A stretch of DNA of 64,000 nt from a virus: positions 132,136 through 196,135 of IMG/VR virus record IMGVR_UViG_3300042923_000619. One strand, given 5' to 3'. Positions 1-9,506 of the stretch are shown piece by piece. Below the pieces are notes generated by a model. It ran no database searches. It saw nothing but the letters and a program-made list of their open reading frames with translations, and had not been told where the DNA came from. Position 1 is the stretch's first letter. Each line of letters begins with the position of its first letter. The translations under genes and the position numbers were made by a program.

Positions 1-32
1 GATATAATATTAAAATATAAGGAGTACTGATT

Positions 33-2509
33 ATGAAAATTATAAGTGGAAACTGGAGAAAACATAGCTTTGTAGATGAATATATAAAAAAGAATAAAGG
101 GAAATATCTTGTTATTGAAACAAGTGAAAATAGTTATCCTTTTGAGCAAGATGATTTATTATTAGCTGAAACAGAAAAAGAATGTTTGATAACCGATATA
201 ACAAAATGGGATTCAGAATTAGAAAATGATAGGATATTCATTCTTTTTACAAATGAAAATGAAGAAAATTTTAAATATTATAAAGAGAATTTATCGTTCT
301 TAAAAAGAGAAGTTATAATTGTATTAAATACTATATCTGGCACTAGAGTTTATCCATATATATTACAAGTATAAAGGAGGTGATTACTAATGAATTTCAA
401 TGAACGTTTAAATATATGGATAAAAGAAAATAGTATTAAACAAAGTGATATTGCTACGATTGCACAGGTAAATAAAAGTTATGTAAGTTGTGTTGTAAGT
501 AAGGGGAAACCACCAAGTGATAAGTTTATTGATGCCTTAGTAAAAATGAGTGGACATAGTGAATATTGGTGGAATAATGGTAAGGATGAAGATGATAATT
601 TAAATGCTTTTAATGAATTATTAAATACTCTTATAGCAAGTGGAAGTATAAGAGCAGATGGATCATATGATAAAGATATAGAATTAATTATTAAAACAAT
701 GGTTGATAGAGAAATAAAATTAAAAATAGAGAAAGTAAAATAGGAAATATAACAGAATGAAAGGAGATATTAATATGAAAAAATATAGTTTTGAAAAAAT
801 TAAAGAAGAAATAATTAATATATTAGAAAACAATTATTTAAGTACATTGGGAAACAAAAAGAATTTCTTAATAGATGATGATGGTGAAGAAATTGATTTC
901 CAAAATGAGAAATATTATGTATTATGTGATAAAGGATTTAAACTTACACTAATTGAAGGGGATATAATATTAGGTGTATCAAATAATGAAAATGTTACTG
1001 ATAAGTGGATAAGTCAATTATATCTAGCGAAGAAAGCTCAAGAAAAAATACAAAGATTAATTGATATGCAATGTATTTATGATAGTTTGTCCAAGTAAAA
1101 AAAAGTAATTTTACAAAGTTGGGAAGTGTACTAAATGAAACTTAAAGACGTATTACCTTATGAATTTATGGGTAGTGAATATGAAAAAGATAAAGCAAGA
1201 ACATATGCTGAAATTGAAGTCGTCAAACAATATGATTCAAGAGATGTTATTTGGGCAGGAAAACATAAAAACGTAACCTATTGGTTTGAATTAGAAAATG
1301 GTTATGCAGTAGGAATGAATGAGAGTCCTATTAGAGGATTAAGTTTTCCTATACTGAAAATAAAAAGTAAAACTATAAAAATCTGATTTTATTGAAAATA
1401 ATTATCAATTGGAGAGAGGAAATTAATGAATATGAAAATAGATTGGGAAAAGTTTTTTGATAAGAAGCTTATTATACAATTCAATAATAAATATGAATAT
1501 AAATTATTTAGAGATAAACTTAATTTAGAATTTAAAATTAATAAAAATGTATTAAATGATTTAGTAATAAAAACAACACCTAATTTAGTATATGGAGTTA
1601 TTTATGAAACTTTTGGAGGTATTAAAGAATATAGACTTATTGATACTAATATGTGCGATATAGAAAATATCTATAAGAAGTATGTTCACTCTATGGCTGA
1701 ATTTATGTCAAAAGAAGAAATCGCCAACATTAAAGAAAAGGAAGAAATAATAAAAAAAGATATTATGAATAAAGAAGCTGGAGGATGGAGTAGTGGCAAC
1801 GCAATTTGTAACAGCTTGGATAACTATAAAGAAAAAATGGAAAAAGATATAGAAGAATATAAAATGAGAAAAGCTTCATATGAATGTTATTACGGGAATG
1901 GAACTTGGATACACAGTCGTTATTATAAAGAATATTATCCTGATTAATCCTAGATACTATATTAACTTTAATTAAAATCTTAGTTTTATGATAGTTATTA
2001 TCAATTAGAAAGAGGGGAAATATAATATGAAAAGTAAAGTGAGAATTGGAGATACAATTAATTTATTAACTATCAAAGAATGTAAAATAATTAGAAGTAA
2101 TGATAGAAGCGAATCTGATATTATAGATATATTTCTATATAACAACAATGTCAATGTGATTGCAAAGAATGAGAAAGATATAATTATATGTTGTTATGAT
2201 GGTGAATCTTATCCAAATGATAATTTTTATATAATGAAATTTATACATGGGACATTTACAATTAAAAAACATTGTGAGAATAATCAAAAAGGTGCAATAT
2301 ATTATAATGAAGATTATTATGGTTATGTTGATGAAGATGACGAATTTGTATATGTTGCACATTATAGTATTTATGAAAGTGGAATAAATTCTATGTGTAA
2401 AATAAATAAGGATAAATATTATAAGAACGCTGTGAGCATTAATGATTTTAATTATGCTGAAGATTGTTATAAAAAAGAATGGGGATTAGTAGGGAAAGAA
2501 TTAGCTTAA
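33..2509 (+). other. Cluster of small hypothetical phage ORFs (33-374, 757-1098, 1135-1386, 1426-1947, 2027-2509)
   Basis: ORF track; each has a purine-rich RBS; no recognisable family motifs. Confidence 0.75.
390..743 (+). CDS. XRE/Cro-family helix-turn-helix transcriptional regulator
   Basis: N-terminal pattern ERL..WIKENSIKQSDIATIAQVNKSYVSCVV..GKPPS typical of HTH_3. Confidence 0.75.
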   Translation: MNFNERLNIWIKENSIKQSDIATIAQVNKSYVSCVVSKGKPPSDKFIDALVKMSGHSEYWWNNGKDEDDNLNAFNELLNTLIASGSIRADGSYDKDIELIIKTMVDREIKLKIEKVK

Positions 2510-2658
2510 AATGTTACTATTAAATAAATTAAAATAAAATATTTGATTAATTGAATATTACATATTCTATATTTAGACAAATTTATTAGCATATTTTATA
2601 TAAATATTGAGAATTATATAAAATATGCTAAATTCTAGAAAAATATTAAGAAAAAGTA

Positions 2659-2687
2659 TTGTAAACTTTTTCAAGAAGTAGTATATT
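2659..2687 (+). promoter_or_regulatory. sigmaA-like promoter pointing into the 3' end of the minus-strand XRE repressor (possible antisense)
   Basis: TTGTAA-17bp-TATATT; no + strand ORF follows before 3443. Confidence 0.35.
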
Positions 2688-2713
2688 ATAAATATAGATT
2701 ATATTTAATTAAA

Positions 2714-2992
2714 TTAAATATAATAATTTAAATGTGTCTCATCTTCTTTTTCATCACATTTATTATTCAAAGAACAATTTTCACAATTAAATTTCATAAT
2801 TTTATTAGGACAAACCCCTAGTGCTAAGGCTATGGCTGAAATAAGAGATAGTTTTGGAGATTTTTTACGTGTAATAGTCGGTTGTTCTAACATAGCTATA
2901 TAAGCTTGGCTTACACCAACTCTATATGCTAATTCTTCTTGACTCATATGACATTCATGTCGATAATATTTTATGGATAATTCATATAACAT
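2714..2992 (-). CDS. XRE-family repressor with C-terminal Cys cluster
   Basis: IKYYRHECHMSQEELAYRVGVSQAYIAMLE is a classic HTH_3; C-terminus CPNKIMKFNCENCSLNNKC; likely start is the ATG at 2992 behind an AGGAG RBS (ORF track opens at 3013); the only convincing minus-strand gene in the window. Confidence 0.85.
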   Translation of the reverse strand: MLYELSIKYYRHECHMSQEELAYRVGVSQAYIAMLEQPTITRKKSPKLSLISAIALALGVCPNKIMKFNCENCSLNNKCDEKEDETHLNYYI

Positions 2993-3348
2993 TTTATACA
3001 CTCCTTTCGACAAGTAGAAATGTTTTTATCATTATAACATGGAATATTATGTCGAAACAAGATGAAAATTAATCCAATAATAAAATATTAGTAAAATATT
3101 ATTACCACCAGTAATAGTATTAAAAATATGATGTGATATAATAGATTTATAGGAGTTGTTAAATTATTAACAATTTAATTTTAATAAACAAATGAATATA
3201 ATAAGCAAAACTAAAGCCGATAAAAATATCATAATAACTGATAAAATTTCTTTACAGAATATTTGTTTGGTGTTAAAATTATATCTATAATAAGAACACA
3301 CATTCGATAAAACTATGGTAATAAAAATAAATATTCCTAAAATACATA

Positions 3349-3377
3349 TTGATATTTATATTAATTTGTTATAAAAT
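3349..3377 (+). promoter_or_regulatory. sigmaA-like promoter with an inverted AACAAATTAAT motif in its spacer
   Basis: TTGATA-17bp-TAAAAT; ATTAATTTGTT at 3360-3370. Confidence 0.5.
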
Positions 3378-3442
3378 AGAAATGTAGACAAGTTTAAATA
3401 TATTAATTTGTTTATAAATATATAAAAATAAAAAGGGGAATC

Positions 3443-3757
3443 GTGATGGGAATGAGAGTAAAACAAAATAGAAAAACTACTGAACAATTAAAAAAAGAAT
3501 ATGAGACAAATATTCAAGGATATATTTTTATGGCAAAAGAAAACAATAACAATATCTTAATATCAGAAAATAATGATATTATAGTATGTAAGGCTCAAGA
3601 TTTTTGGAATACAATAAGAATAAGTGTTATGGATATAGAAATTGAGAATCCTAAATTTATAAGATGCGAATACATAAATGATAAGCTAATGTTAGAATAT
3701 GATGATAGAATTATAAAATTAAAAATGTTAAATGATGGACACAATGCAATAGAATAG
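3443..3757 (+). CDS. Hypothetical protein in control region
   Basis: ORF track, AAGGGG RBS. Confidence 0.6.
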   Translation: MMGMRVKQNRKTTEQLKKEYETNIQGYIFMAKENNNNILISENNDIIVCKAQDFWNTIRISVMDIEIENPKFIRCEYINDKLMLEYDDRIIKLKMLNDGHNAIE

Positions 3758-3819
3758 TATATAATTATAAGAAAGTGATAAAATAATGAAATAAGTAGTT
3801 ATTTTTATCACTATTTTTA

Positions 3820-3848
3820 TTGCAATTAATTTGTTAAAGTGATATAAT
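3820..3848 (+). promoter_or_regulatory. Strong sigmaA promoter of the ParB-like/MrpR-like operon
   Basis: TTGCAA-17bp-TATAAT with extended -10 TG; ATTAATTTGTT at 3825-3835 in the spacer. Confidence 0.75.
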
Positions 3849-3897
3849 AATTAATATAGAAGTTAAATAACGAAATATTATTCAAGGAGATGATTTT

Positions 3898-5316
3898 ATG
3901 ACACAAGAAGAAGTTCTTATATATAGTCAAGAAAATTTAAATAAAGAATTAAAAAAAGTTATAACAAAATATTTTAAAAATAAAGAATTAATAAAATCTA
4001 TAAATTTTGAATTAGCAGAAAAAAATATGAATTCAAATATAACATCAGCATTATTTTTAGATGGAACATTAGAGCCAAAAGATTTATCTAAAGAAGAAAA
4101 AATGGCAATAACAAAAGTTTGTTATGATGTTTTAAAATTAGAAAAATTAAATTATAGAAAATATTATGAAGCAGAAGAAAGAGGAGATTACAACAGTTAT
4201 AAAAATATAGAAAAACAAATAAAAGAAATAGAACTTCATAAAATTCAAAAAATAGATGAATATAATTATATAGGTAGAATTAGCTATGAACAAATATATC
4301 TATATATGAAAAATGTATTATTTAGATATAACAAATTGGCACAAAGAGCATTTAAAACTAAATCATATGGAACAAAGGATTCATCAATAAGAGTTATTGA
4401 CTTAAAACAAAAAAATGTTAATGCTATGTTAGAATTGATATTAAAAGGAAAATTAGAAAGTACACAAATAATAATAAATGTGAGACTTCCAGAAGGAGAT
4501 GAAGATTTTGAACCAAAATATGTATTTGAATCAATAGATGAAGAAAATCTTCCCGACATTGGAACTTTATCAATTTATCCATTATATGATATAGATAGTA
4601 AAGATTTTACAGTAGCAGAAATATTAGATGGATTCCATAGATTAGTTGCTGTTTATCAAGCAATAGCACAATATAAAGCTGAAAATAATGGTACAGTTCT
4701 GGAAGGTGGATTAGATATTAGAATTGTAATGAGAACACTTTCAGAAGCTCAAGAAATCGTCAGACAAATTTTTGAAAGAAGTGACACAAATAAAGAATTC
4801 ATAAAAGGATTTAAACAAGGTGATGATGTTGATTTCTTAAAATTAGTAGAAGATAATTCTAAAATACTAAAAGGTGAAATCGCAATAAACTTCGAAGAAC
4901 ACAAAATGTCTAAAACATTAACATATAAAACAATTTTATTAGATGCATTAAAATTAACAGAAATTCAAGTAGAGAAAAAGGGAAGTATTAGAACTATAGC
5001 AAAAGAATTAGGTTCTACAATTGATGAATTAGTTGAATCATTGAAGTTTAAGTACTTTAATGATAATTTAGAAGATATGGAAGCAGATAGTATGCTATTA
5101 AGTTGTAATATGTTCGTAGGTTATTTAGCTATAGCAAATACTATGAGAACAATGAAAGATTATAATAAAATTGATGAGGTAATAGATAACCTATATACCG
5201 TTCCTAAGTCACAATTAGAAAAATTGAAAATAAATCGTAGCCCAAATTCTTGTAATTATAAAGTTATATACAAATACTTTACAAACTTAGTAATGGAGGT
5301 GTATAAAGTTGCATAA
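3898..5316 (+). CDS. ParB/Sulfiredoxin-fold (DGQHR-like) protein, SPbeta YopQ-like position
   Basis: EILDGFHRLVAV motif matches ParB GxxRxxA / DGQHR; 472 aa; overlaps the next gene. Confidence 0.6.
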   Translation: MTQEEVLIYSQENLNKELKKVITKYFKNKELIKSINFELAEKNMNSNITSALFLDGTLEPKDLSKEEKMAITKVCYDVLKLEKLNYRKYYEAEERGDYNSYKNIEKQIKEIELHKIQKIDEYNYIGRISYEQIYLYMKNVLFRYNKLAQRAFKTKSYGTKDSSIRVIDLKQKNVNAMLELILKGKLESTQIIINVRLPEGDEDFEPKYVFESIDEENLPDIGTLSIYPLYDIDSKDFTVAEILDGFHRLVAVYQAIAQYKAENNGTVLEGGLDIRIVMRTLSEAQEIVRQIFERSDTNKEFIKGFKQGDDVDFLKLVEDNSKILKGEIAINFEEHKMSKTLTYKTILLDALKLTEIQVEKKGSIRTIAKELGSTIDELVESLKFKYFNDNLEDMEADSMLLSCNMFVGYLAIANTMRTMKDYNKIDEVIDNLYTVPKSQLEKLKINRSPNSCNYKVIYKYFTNLVMEVYKVA

Positions 5317-6466
5317 TCAAGATTTGGAATTTATAGGTCAAAAATATTTAAAACCGACTCTAGAAGAAACAGAAGCAAAAAAGCAAGAAATATTGGCTAG
5401 TTATGATAAGTTTCAATTAGATAAAATTACATGGTTAAATAATGTGTATATAGAAGAAACAACTAAAAAACCTTTATGGAGTGTTTATAATAATAATATC
5501 CATGATTATGAAGTTGCAAAAAACAAGGATTTGAAAGATTTTCAACAAGAAGAAGTTGTTTCTATGATGAAAAGTTTTATTTATGTAGCACCTATGACTT
5601 TAGGATCTATTAAAGCTTTTGTTAATAGATATTTTGATTATTGGGTTGAAAAAGGTTATATAACCATTAATCCTATACTTGGTGAGAAATCATTAAAAGG
5701 AATAAAATCAAATAAAAAAATGTTAGAAACAAAAATATACAATATGGATGAATTTTATGATTTACTAAGACAAATGAAAGAAGTCACAAAATCAGCTAAT
5801 ATAAAACCTTTATTATTAGGTAGATATGGCATACAAGGGAAACAATTGATTCATATGAGAAGTTTGAAATATAAAGATATTGATATAGAAAATAAATTTG
5901 TTAATATTTATGATGAAAATAATAAATTTCTAACATTAATTCCAATAGATAACCAGTTTATTGATTTTCTGGCTGAATTAGATGATATTGTTGATGAAGA
6001 CTCTAAGAAGAAATTATATGAATCAGATGTATATGTATTAGAAACAAGAGAAATAGTAAATTATAATACTGTAAATAGTAGAGTTTATAATGCATTTAAA
6101 TATTTGAATAAAAATGGTAAAGAAAATATAGAAGACTGGGAAAAAGTTCCTCGTATATCTTTTAATGATTTACTATTTACAAGACAAATTGAACTTTTAT
6201 TGCAAATAAGAAAGACAAGAAAGATATCTATTCTTGATATAAACAGCATAGTAGATATCTTTGGTAATATAAAAGGAACAGCATTTTCTAAGTATCATAT
6301 ACAAGAAAAATATGAAAGTTTAACAAAAGATAAAGTTCTATTAATTCAAGGAGGATATGCAAAGTTTGAAAATAAGATGGAGATATTAAAAGTTAATATG
6401 ATTGATCCATTAGCGTATGATACAGTCAATGAAATTTGTGAGTCAATAGGATTGAATATAGATTAG
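5309..6466 (+). CDS. Tyrosine-recombinase-fold protein lacking catalytic residues; putative master repressor (MrpR/YopR-like)
   Basis: SAM-like core-binding segment (TLGSIKAFVNRYFDYWVEKGYITINP) and box I-like LLGRYGIQGKQLIHMRSLKYKDID with no catalytic Arg; the HxxR box reads NDLL. Confidence 0.65.
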   Translation: MHNQDLEFIGQKYLKPTLEETEAKKQEILASYDKFQLDKITWLNNVYIEETTKKPLWSVYNNNIHDYEVAKNKDLKDFQQEEVVSMMKSFIYVAPMTLGSIKAFVNRYFDYWVEKGYITINPILGEKSLKGIKSNKKMLETKIYNMDEFYDLLRQMKEVTKSANIKPLLLGRYGIQGKQLIHMRSLKYKDIDIENKFVNIYDENNKFLTLIPIDNQFIDFLAELDDIVDEDSKKKLYESDVYVLETREIVNYNTVNSRVYNAFKYLNKNGKENIEDWEKVPRISFNDLLFTRQIELLLQIRKTRKISILDINSIVDIFGNIKGTAFSKYHIQEKYESLTKDKVLLIQGGYAKFENKMEILKVNMIDPLAYDTVNEICESIGLNID

Positions 6467-6493
6467 ATTGGGAAAATCCAATCTTTTCTTTTT
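6465..6493 (+). terminator. Intrinsic terminator
   Basis: AGATTGG/CCAATCT stem followed by a T-rich tract. Confidence 0.75.
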
Positions 6494-6515
6494 TAATTTA
6501 TTTTTATAAAAAGTG

Positions 6516-6544
6516 TTGACATTATATTCCGTAGGGTGTAATAT
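6516..6544 (+). promoter_or_regulatory. sigmaA promoter P1 of mazF-TPR-peptide operon
   Basis: TTGACA-17bp-TAATAT. Confidence 0.7.
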
Positions 6545-6603
6545 ATAGTCATGGGAGAGATAACAACAAATTAAAATAAAAAAGAAAAACATTTAAAAAA
6601 GTA

Positions 6604-6632
6604 TTGACAGTATTACCAAATGGTGGTAATAT
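6604..6632 (+). promoter_or_regulatory. sigmaA promoter P2 of mazF-TPR-peptide operon, overlapped by an inverted repeat
   Basis: TTGACA-17bp-TAATAT; TATTACCA-N5-TGGTAATA palindrome at 6611-6631. Confidence 0.75.
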
Positions 6633-6719
6633 TAAAACATAGGAACAAAACAAATTAATGTAAAAAAGTAATTTGAAATGAAATTTAATAAGAAATTAAT
6701 TAAATGGATGGTGGCAGTA

Positions 6720-7580
6720 ATGAAAGATTTTAGAGAACAGCTAATGGCTATAAAGACAGAAATGAATGAAAAAGAATTAACTCAAAAAATAAAGGTTGAG
6801 GTCAAAGACCTAGATATAAACAAACAAATTAAGCAAATTAAAATTGAAGTGAATACCAATGATAAAAATTTACATAACAATATTGAGCATAAAAATGTTA
6901 TGTATAGACCAAATTATAAAAATATTGAAGAAAAACATGAATATATTGACTTAAAATATATAAAGCGAGGTGATGTAATATGGATTAATCTTTTTGGGTC
7001 AGTTGGGTCGGAACAAGGTAGTGATGAATATGGTCGTCCATGTGTCTGTATCCAAAATGACGTTGGAAACGCTCATTCACCAACTATAATAGTCTCAGCT
7101 ATAACATCTCAACTTGGAAAACAAAAATTACCAACGCATGTGTTAATTCCTTCATCAGAACAATATGGATTAACTAAAGATTCTGTGGTTTTATTAGAAC
7201 AAATAAGAACTGTTGATAAAAGAAAAAGAATATTAAGAAGAACAGGTCACTTGGATGAGCTAGTAATGAAAAAGATAAATAAGGCTTTAGCAATATCAAT
7301 TGGTGATTTACAACAAAAAAATACATTAGAAAAACTTGAATCAAAAATACAAAAATATATAATAAATAGCTTTAAATCAATTGATACTTATGAAATGACA
7401 ATTGAAACTATGCAAATAAATAATGTTCCACAAGAGGCAGTTGATTTAATAGAAAATCAAAAGTTTAGAGAAGAAAATGGGTTAAAATGTTATTGTGATG
7501 ATAATAAATTAAATTATAATATATTATATAATGATTATAAAAATATGGTTAAAGAAAAAGAGGAAGATATCGCATTATAG
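6720..7580 (+). CDS. mazF: MazF/PemK (EndoA-like) endoribonuclease with N- and C-terminal extensions
   Basis: KRGDV...VGSEQG..RP...IQNDVGN.HSPTIIVSAITSQ..K.KLPTHV...DSVVLLEQIRTVDK closely follows B. subtilis EndoA, including catalytic Arg/Thr; ORF open from 6678, ATG at 6720 is the likely start; no MazE gene adjacent. Confidence 0.9.
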   Translation: MKDFREQLMAIKTEMNEKELTQKIKVEVKDLDINKQIKQIKIEVNTNDKNLHNNIEHKNVMYRPNYKNIEEKHEYIDLKYIKRGDVIWINLFGSVGSEQGSDEYGRPCVCIQNDVGNAHSPTIIVSAITSQLGKQKLPTHVLIPSSEQYGLTKDSVVLLEQIRTVDKRKRILRRTGHLDELVMKKINKALAISIGDLQQKNTLEKLESKIQKYIINSFKSIDTYEMTIETMQINNVPQEAVDLIENQKFREENGLKCYCDDNKLNYNILYNDYKNMVKEKEEDIAL

Positions 7581-7592
7581 TATGAACAGGAG

Positions 7593-8216
7593 ATGGGTAA
7601 TATGGGAAAAAGAGAGGAAGAAATAGAAAACAAAATAAGAAATGAAGTGTTTATAGGTTGTTTTGGTAGAGGGGAATTTAATAAAGGAAAAAAAATATTA
7701 CAAAAATTATATTATCAATATTATCCTATTTTAGATACTTTTGAAACTAAAAGAATGATTCTTTATAACTATATAGTTGGAGAAAGATTGGACACAAATA
7801 TTGAAGATATAATTAAAAAATGTAGTGAAAAACTAAAGAATGATATGGATAATGAACTAAATTATAAAGAGACAAATACAAAAGAATATTGTATGATGTT
7901 AGCATATTATTGTGATACACATAAAGAAGAATTAGGAAAAGAAGAGTTGATAAATATATACACATTTAGTTATAATTATTATAAAAAGGCTGGATTGGAA
8001 ATTGATATGTTAAATTCTAAATTCAATTTAGCTTTAATTGAAAAAAAGTTTGAAATTGTCTTTGAGATTATCAAAGACATACATAATAGTGATGACAAAA
8101 TATGTCAAGCTGTTTTATCTCAAATGCTAAATGATTTAAAAAACATAAACATAAATAAATATATTGAAATACAATTATTACTTAAAAAAGAAAATAAAAA
8201 ACTTTCATTAGTTTAA
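7593..8216 (+). CDS. All-helical TPR-like protein; putative RRNPP-type peptide receptor without HTH
   Basis: 207 aa, amphipathic helical repeats with TPR-like Tyr/Ala/Leu/Asn pattern (YCMMLAYYC, YTFSYNYYKK, MLNSKFNLALI); directly followed by a propeptide gene. Confidence 0.55.
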   Translation: MGNMGKREEEIENKIRNEVFIGCFGRGEFNKGKKILQKLYYQYYPILDTFETKRMILYNYIVGERLDTNIEDIIKKCSEKLKNDMDNELNYKETNTKEYCMMLAYYCDTHKEELGKEELINIYTFSYNYYKKAGLEIDMLNSKFNLALIEKKFEIVFEIIKDIHNSDDKICQAVLSQMLNDLKNININKYIEIQLLLKKENKKLSLV

Positions 8217-8276
8217 AATATGGTTAAAAGACACCTTATAAAAGAACTTAATAACTAATGAAAGAGGTGAAAACAT

Positions 8277-8369
8277 ATGAAAAAAATTTTAAGTTACGCA
8301 TTAGCTTTAGCGGTATTCGTTGCTCCAACAGTAATCAGAATACTAAGCTCAGGTGGTGGTTGGGGATGA
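8277..8369 (+). CDS. 30-aa secreted-type signalling propeptide MKKILSYALALAVFVAPTVIRILSSGGGWG (not in ORF track)
   Basis: GAGGTG RBS, ATG at 8277, TGA at 8367-8369; MKK + hydrophobic core + AxA-like cleavage region + polar C-terminal tail; terminator follows. Confidence 0.8.
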   Translation: MKKILSYALALAVFVAPTVIRILSSGGGWG

Positions 8370-8405
8370 TATTTAATATTATTCTTCCACAATAACAATC
8401 TACAT

Positions 8406-8442
8406 AAAAAGGCAATTAGGAGCAATCTTGATTGCTTTTTTA
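8406..8442 (+). terminator. Intrinsic (bidirectional) terminator closing the peptide operon
   Basis: A-tract, GGCAATTAGGA-GCAA-TCTTGATTGCT stem-loop, T-tract. Confidence 0.8.
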
Positions 8443-8491
8443 TAATTTATAGATTATTTATAATAAATTAAGAAAAATATAAATATTATTA

Positions 8492-8520
8492 TTGACAATG
8501 GTAATTAATAGTATTAAAAT
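8492..8520 (+). promoter_or_regulatory. sigmaA promoter of the downstream early operon
   Basis: TTGACA-17bp-TAAAAT, with AACAAATTAAT at 8530-8540. Confidence 0.7.
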
Positions 8521-8556
8521 GATAATATAAACAAATTAATAGAAATATAGAAAGGA

Positions 8557-9180
8557 ATGATTAAAATGTGCAAAGCTGTAAATTATGGGGCTGAAATCAA
8601 TAAACAAATTACAGAAGCTAAAGAATATTATAATAAACTTAAATCTAAAGAAAAAATATTTAATGATATGCAACAAGATTTATTACATAAAATAGAAAAT
8701 ATTGATAAATTTAATTTATATGAGGGCTGGGAATTATGCAAGTCTTTACAAAAGTTAAGAAAATCAAGAAGAGAAACAAAAAATGAATTAGATACAATGG
8801 AACGATTAATTAGGCAAATTGGAAGTTTCAATATAAATGCTGATTTAATTGAAAAACGAGATAATTTCTTAGAACAAGTCAAAGAAGAAAAAAGATATCA
8901 TCAAAGACAATTAGATATGACAGGGGACATTTTGAATGAAGTTAATGATATAGTCAACAATGCAAATAATTTTGAAATATCAAGCTTCGAAAAAATTTAT
9001 GAAGCATATGAAAGTATACCAAAAATAAAAGGAAGTAATGTAAAAATAAGATATACTTCAATTAAAAATAGAAGTAATATAATCAATAATAAAAAGCCAG
9101 CATATAATAAATATGTGATTAATGAAAAAGAAAAATATATAGAATTTATTGATAGAAAGAAAGGAAATGTACAATGTTAA
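8557..9180 (+). CDS. Hypothetical coiled-coil protein
   Basis: ORF track; heptad-rich N-terminal half. Confidence 0.65.
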   Translation: MIKMCKAVNYGAEINKQITEAKEYYNKLKSKEKIFNDMQQDLLHKIENIDKFNLYEGWELCKSLQKLRKSRRETKNELDTMERLIRQIGSFNINADLIEKRDNFLEQVKEEKRYHQRQLDMTGDILNEVNDIVNNANNFEISSFEKIYEAYESIPKIKGSNVKIRYTSIKNRSNIINNKKPAYNKYVINEKEKYIEFIDRKKGNVQC

Positions 9181-9427
9181 AATTAACAATATTTATAATT
9201 GGATTAGTAATGGTAAATAAACTTTTTAAAGTAAATCAATTTTCAAACGAAATTGACCAAGCTATATTAGATGAATTAAAGATAATAAAATAAGGAATAA
9301 ATTAATAGAACAAAACAAAGTAAAAATGAGAATTTATTTAGAAAGTAAGAAAAATAAAATAGAGTCATCATTGAAGGGAGGTGATAAAATACATAGAAAT
9401 ACAAAAGCTAAAATACCCTTTGGGTAG
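9174..9427 (+). pseudogene. Possible frameshifted small membrane-anchored protein
   Basis: ATG at 9174 gives a hydrophobic N-terminus; adding one A at the 9278-9280 run extends the frame to TAG at 9425-9427. Confidence 0.35.
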
Positions 9428-9506
9428 GCTAATTTAAGTATATTTAATAGGTATGTTTAAATTAACTTTAATAATAAATTAAAAGAAAGAAAAGAGGATA
9501 AATAAA

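Noticed and set aside
5309-6466. Functional prophage integrase
   Set aside because: Catalytic Arg of box I and the HxxR motif are absent; no att site or prophage boundary nearby
6720-7580. Depletion of MazF target sites (UACAU) in phage genes
   Set aside because: TACAT occurs commonly throughout the window; no depletion is visible by eye and the enzyme's specificity is unknown
8277-8369. AgrD autoinducer or type I toxin
   Set aside because: No central Cys/Ser ring motif followed by an acidic tail and no agrB; no basic C-terminus or evident antisense antitoxin; adjacency to a TPR-like gene favours an RRNPP propeptide
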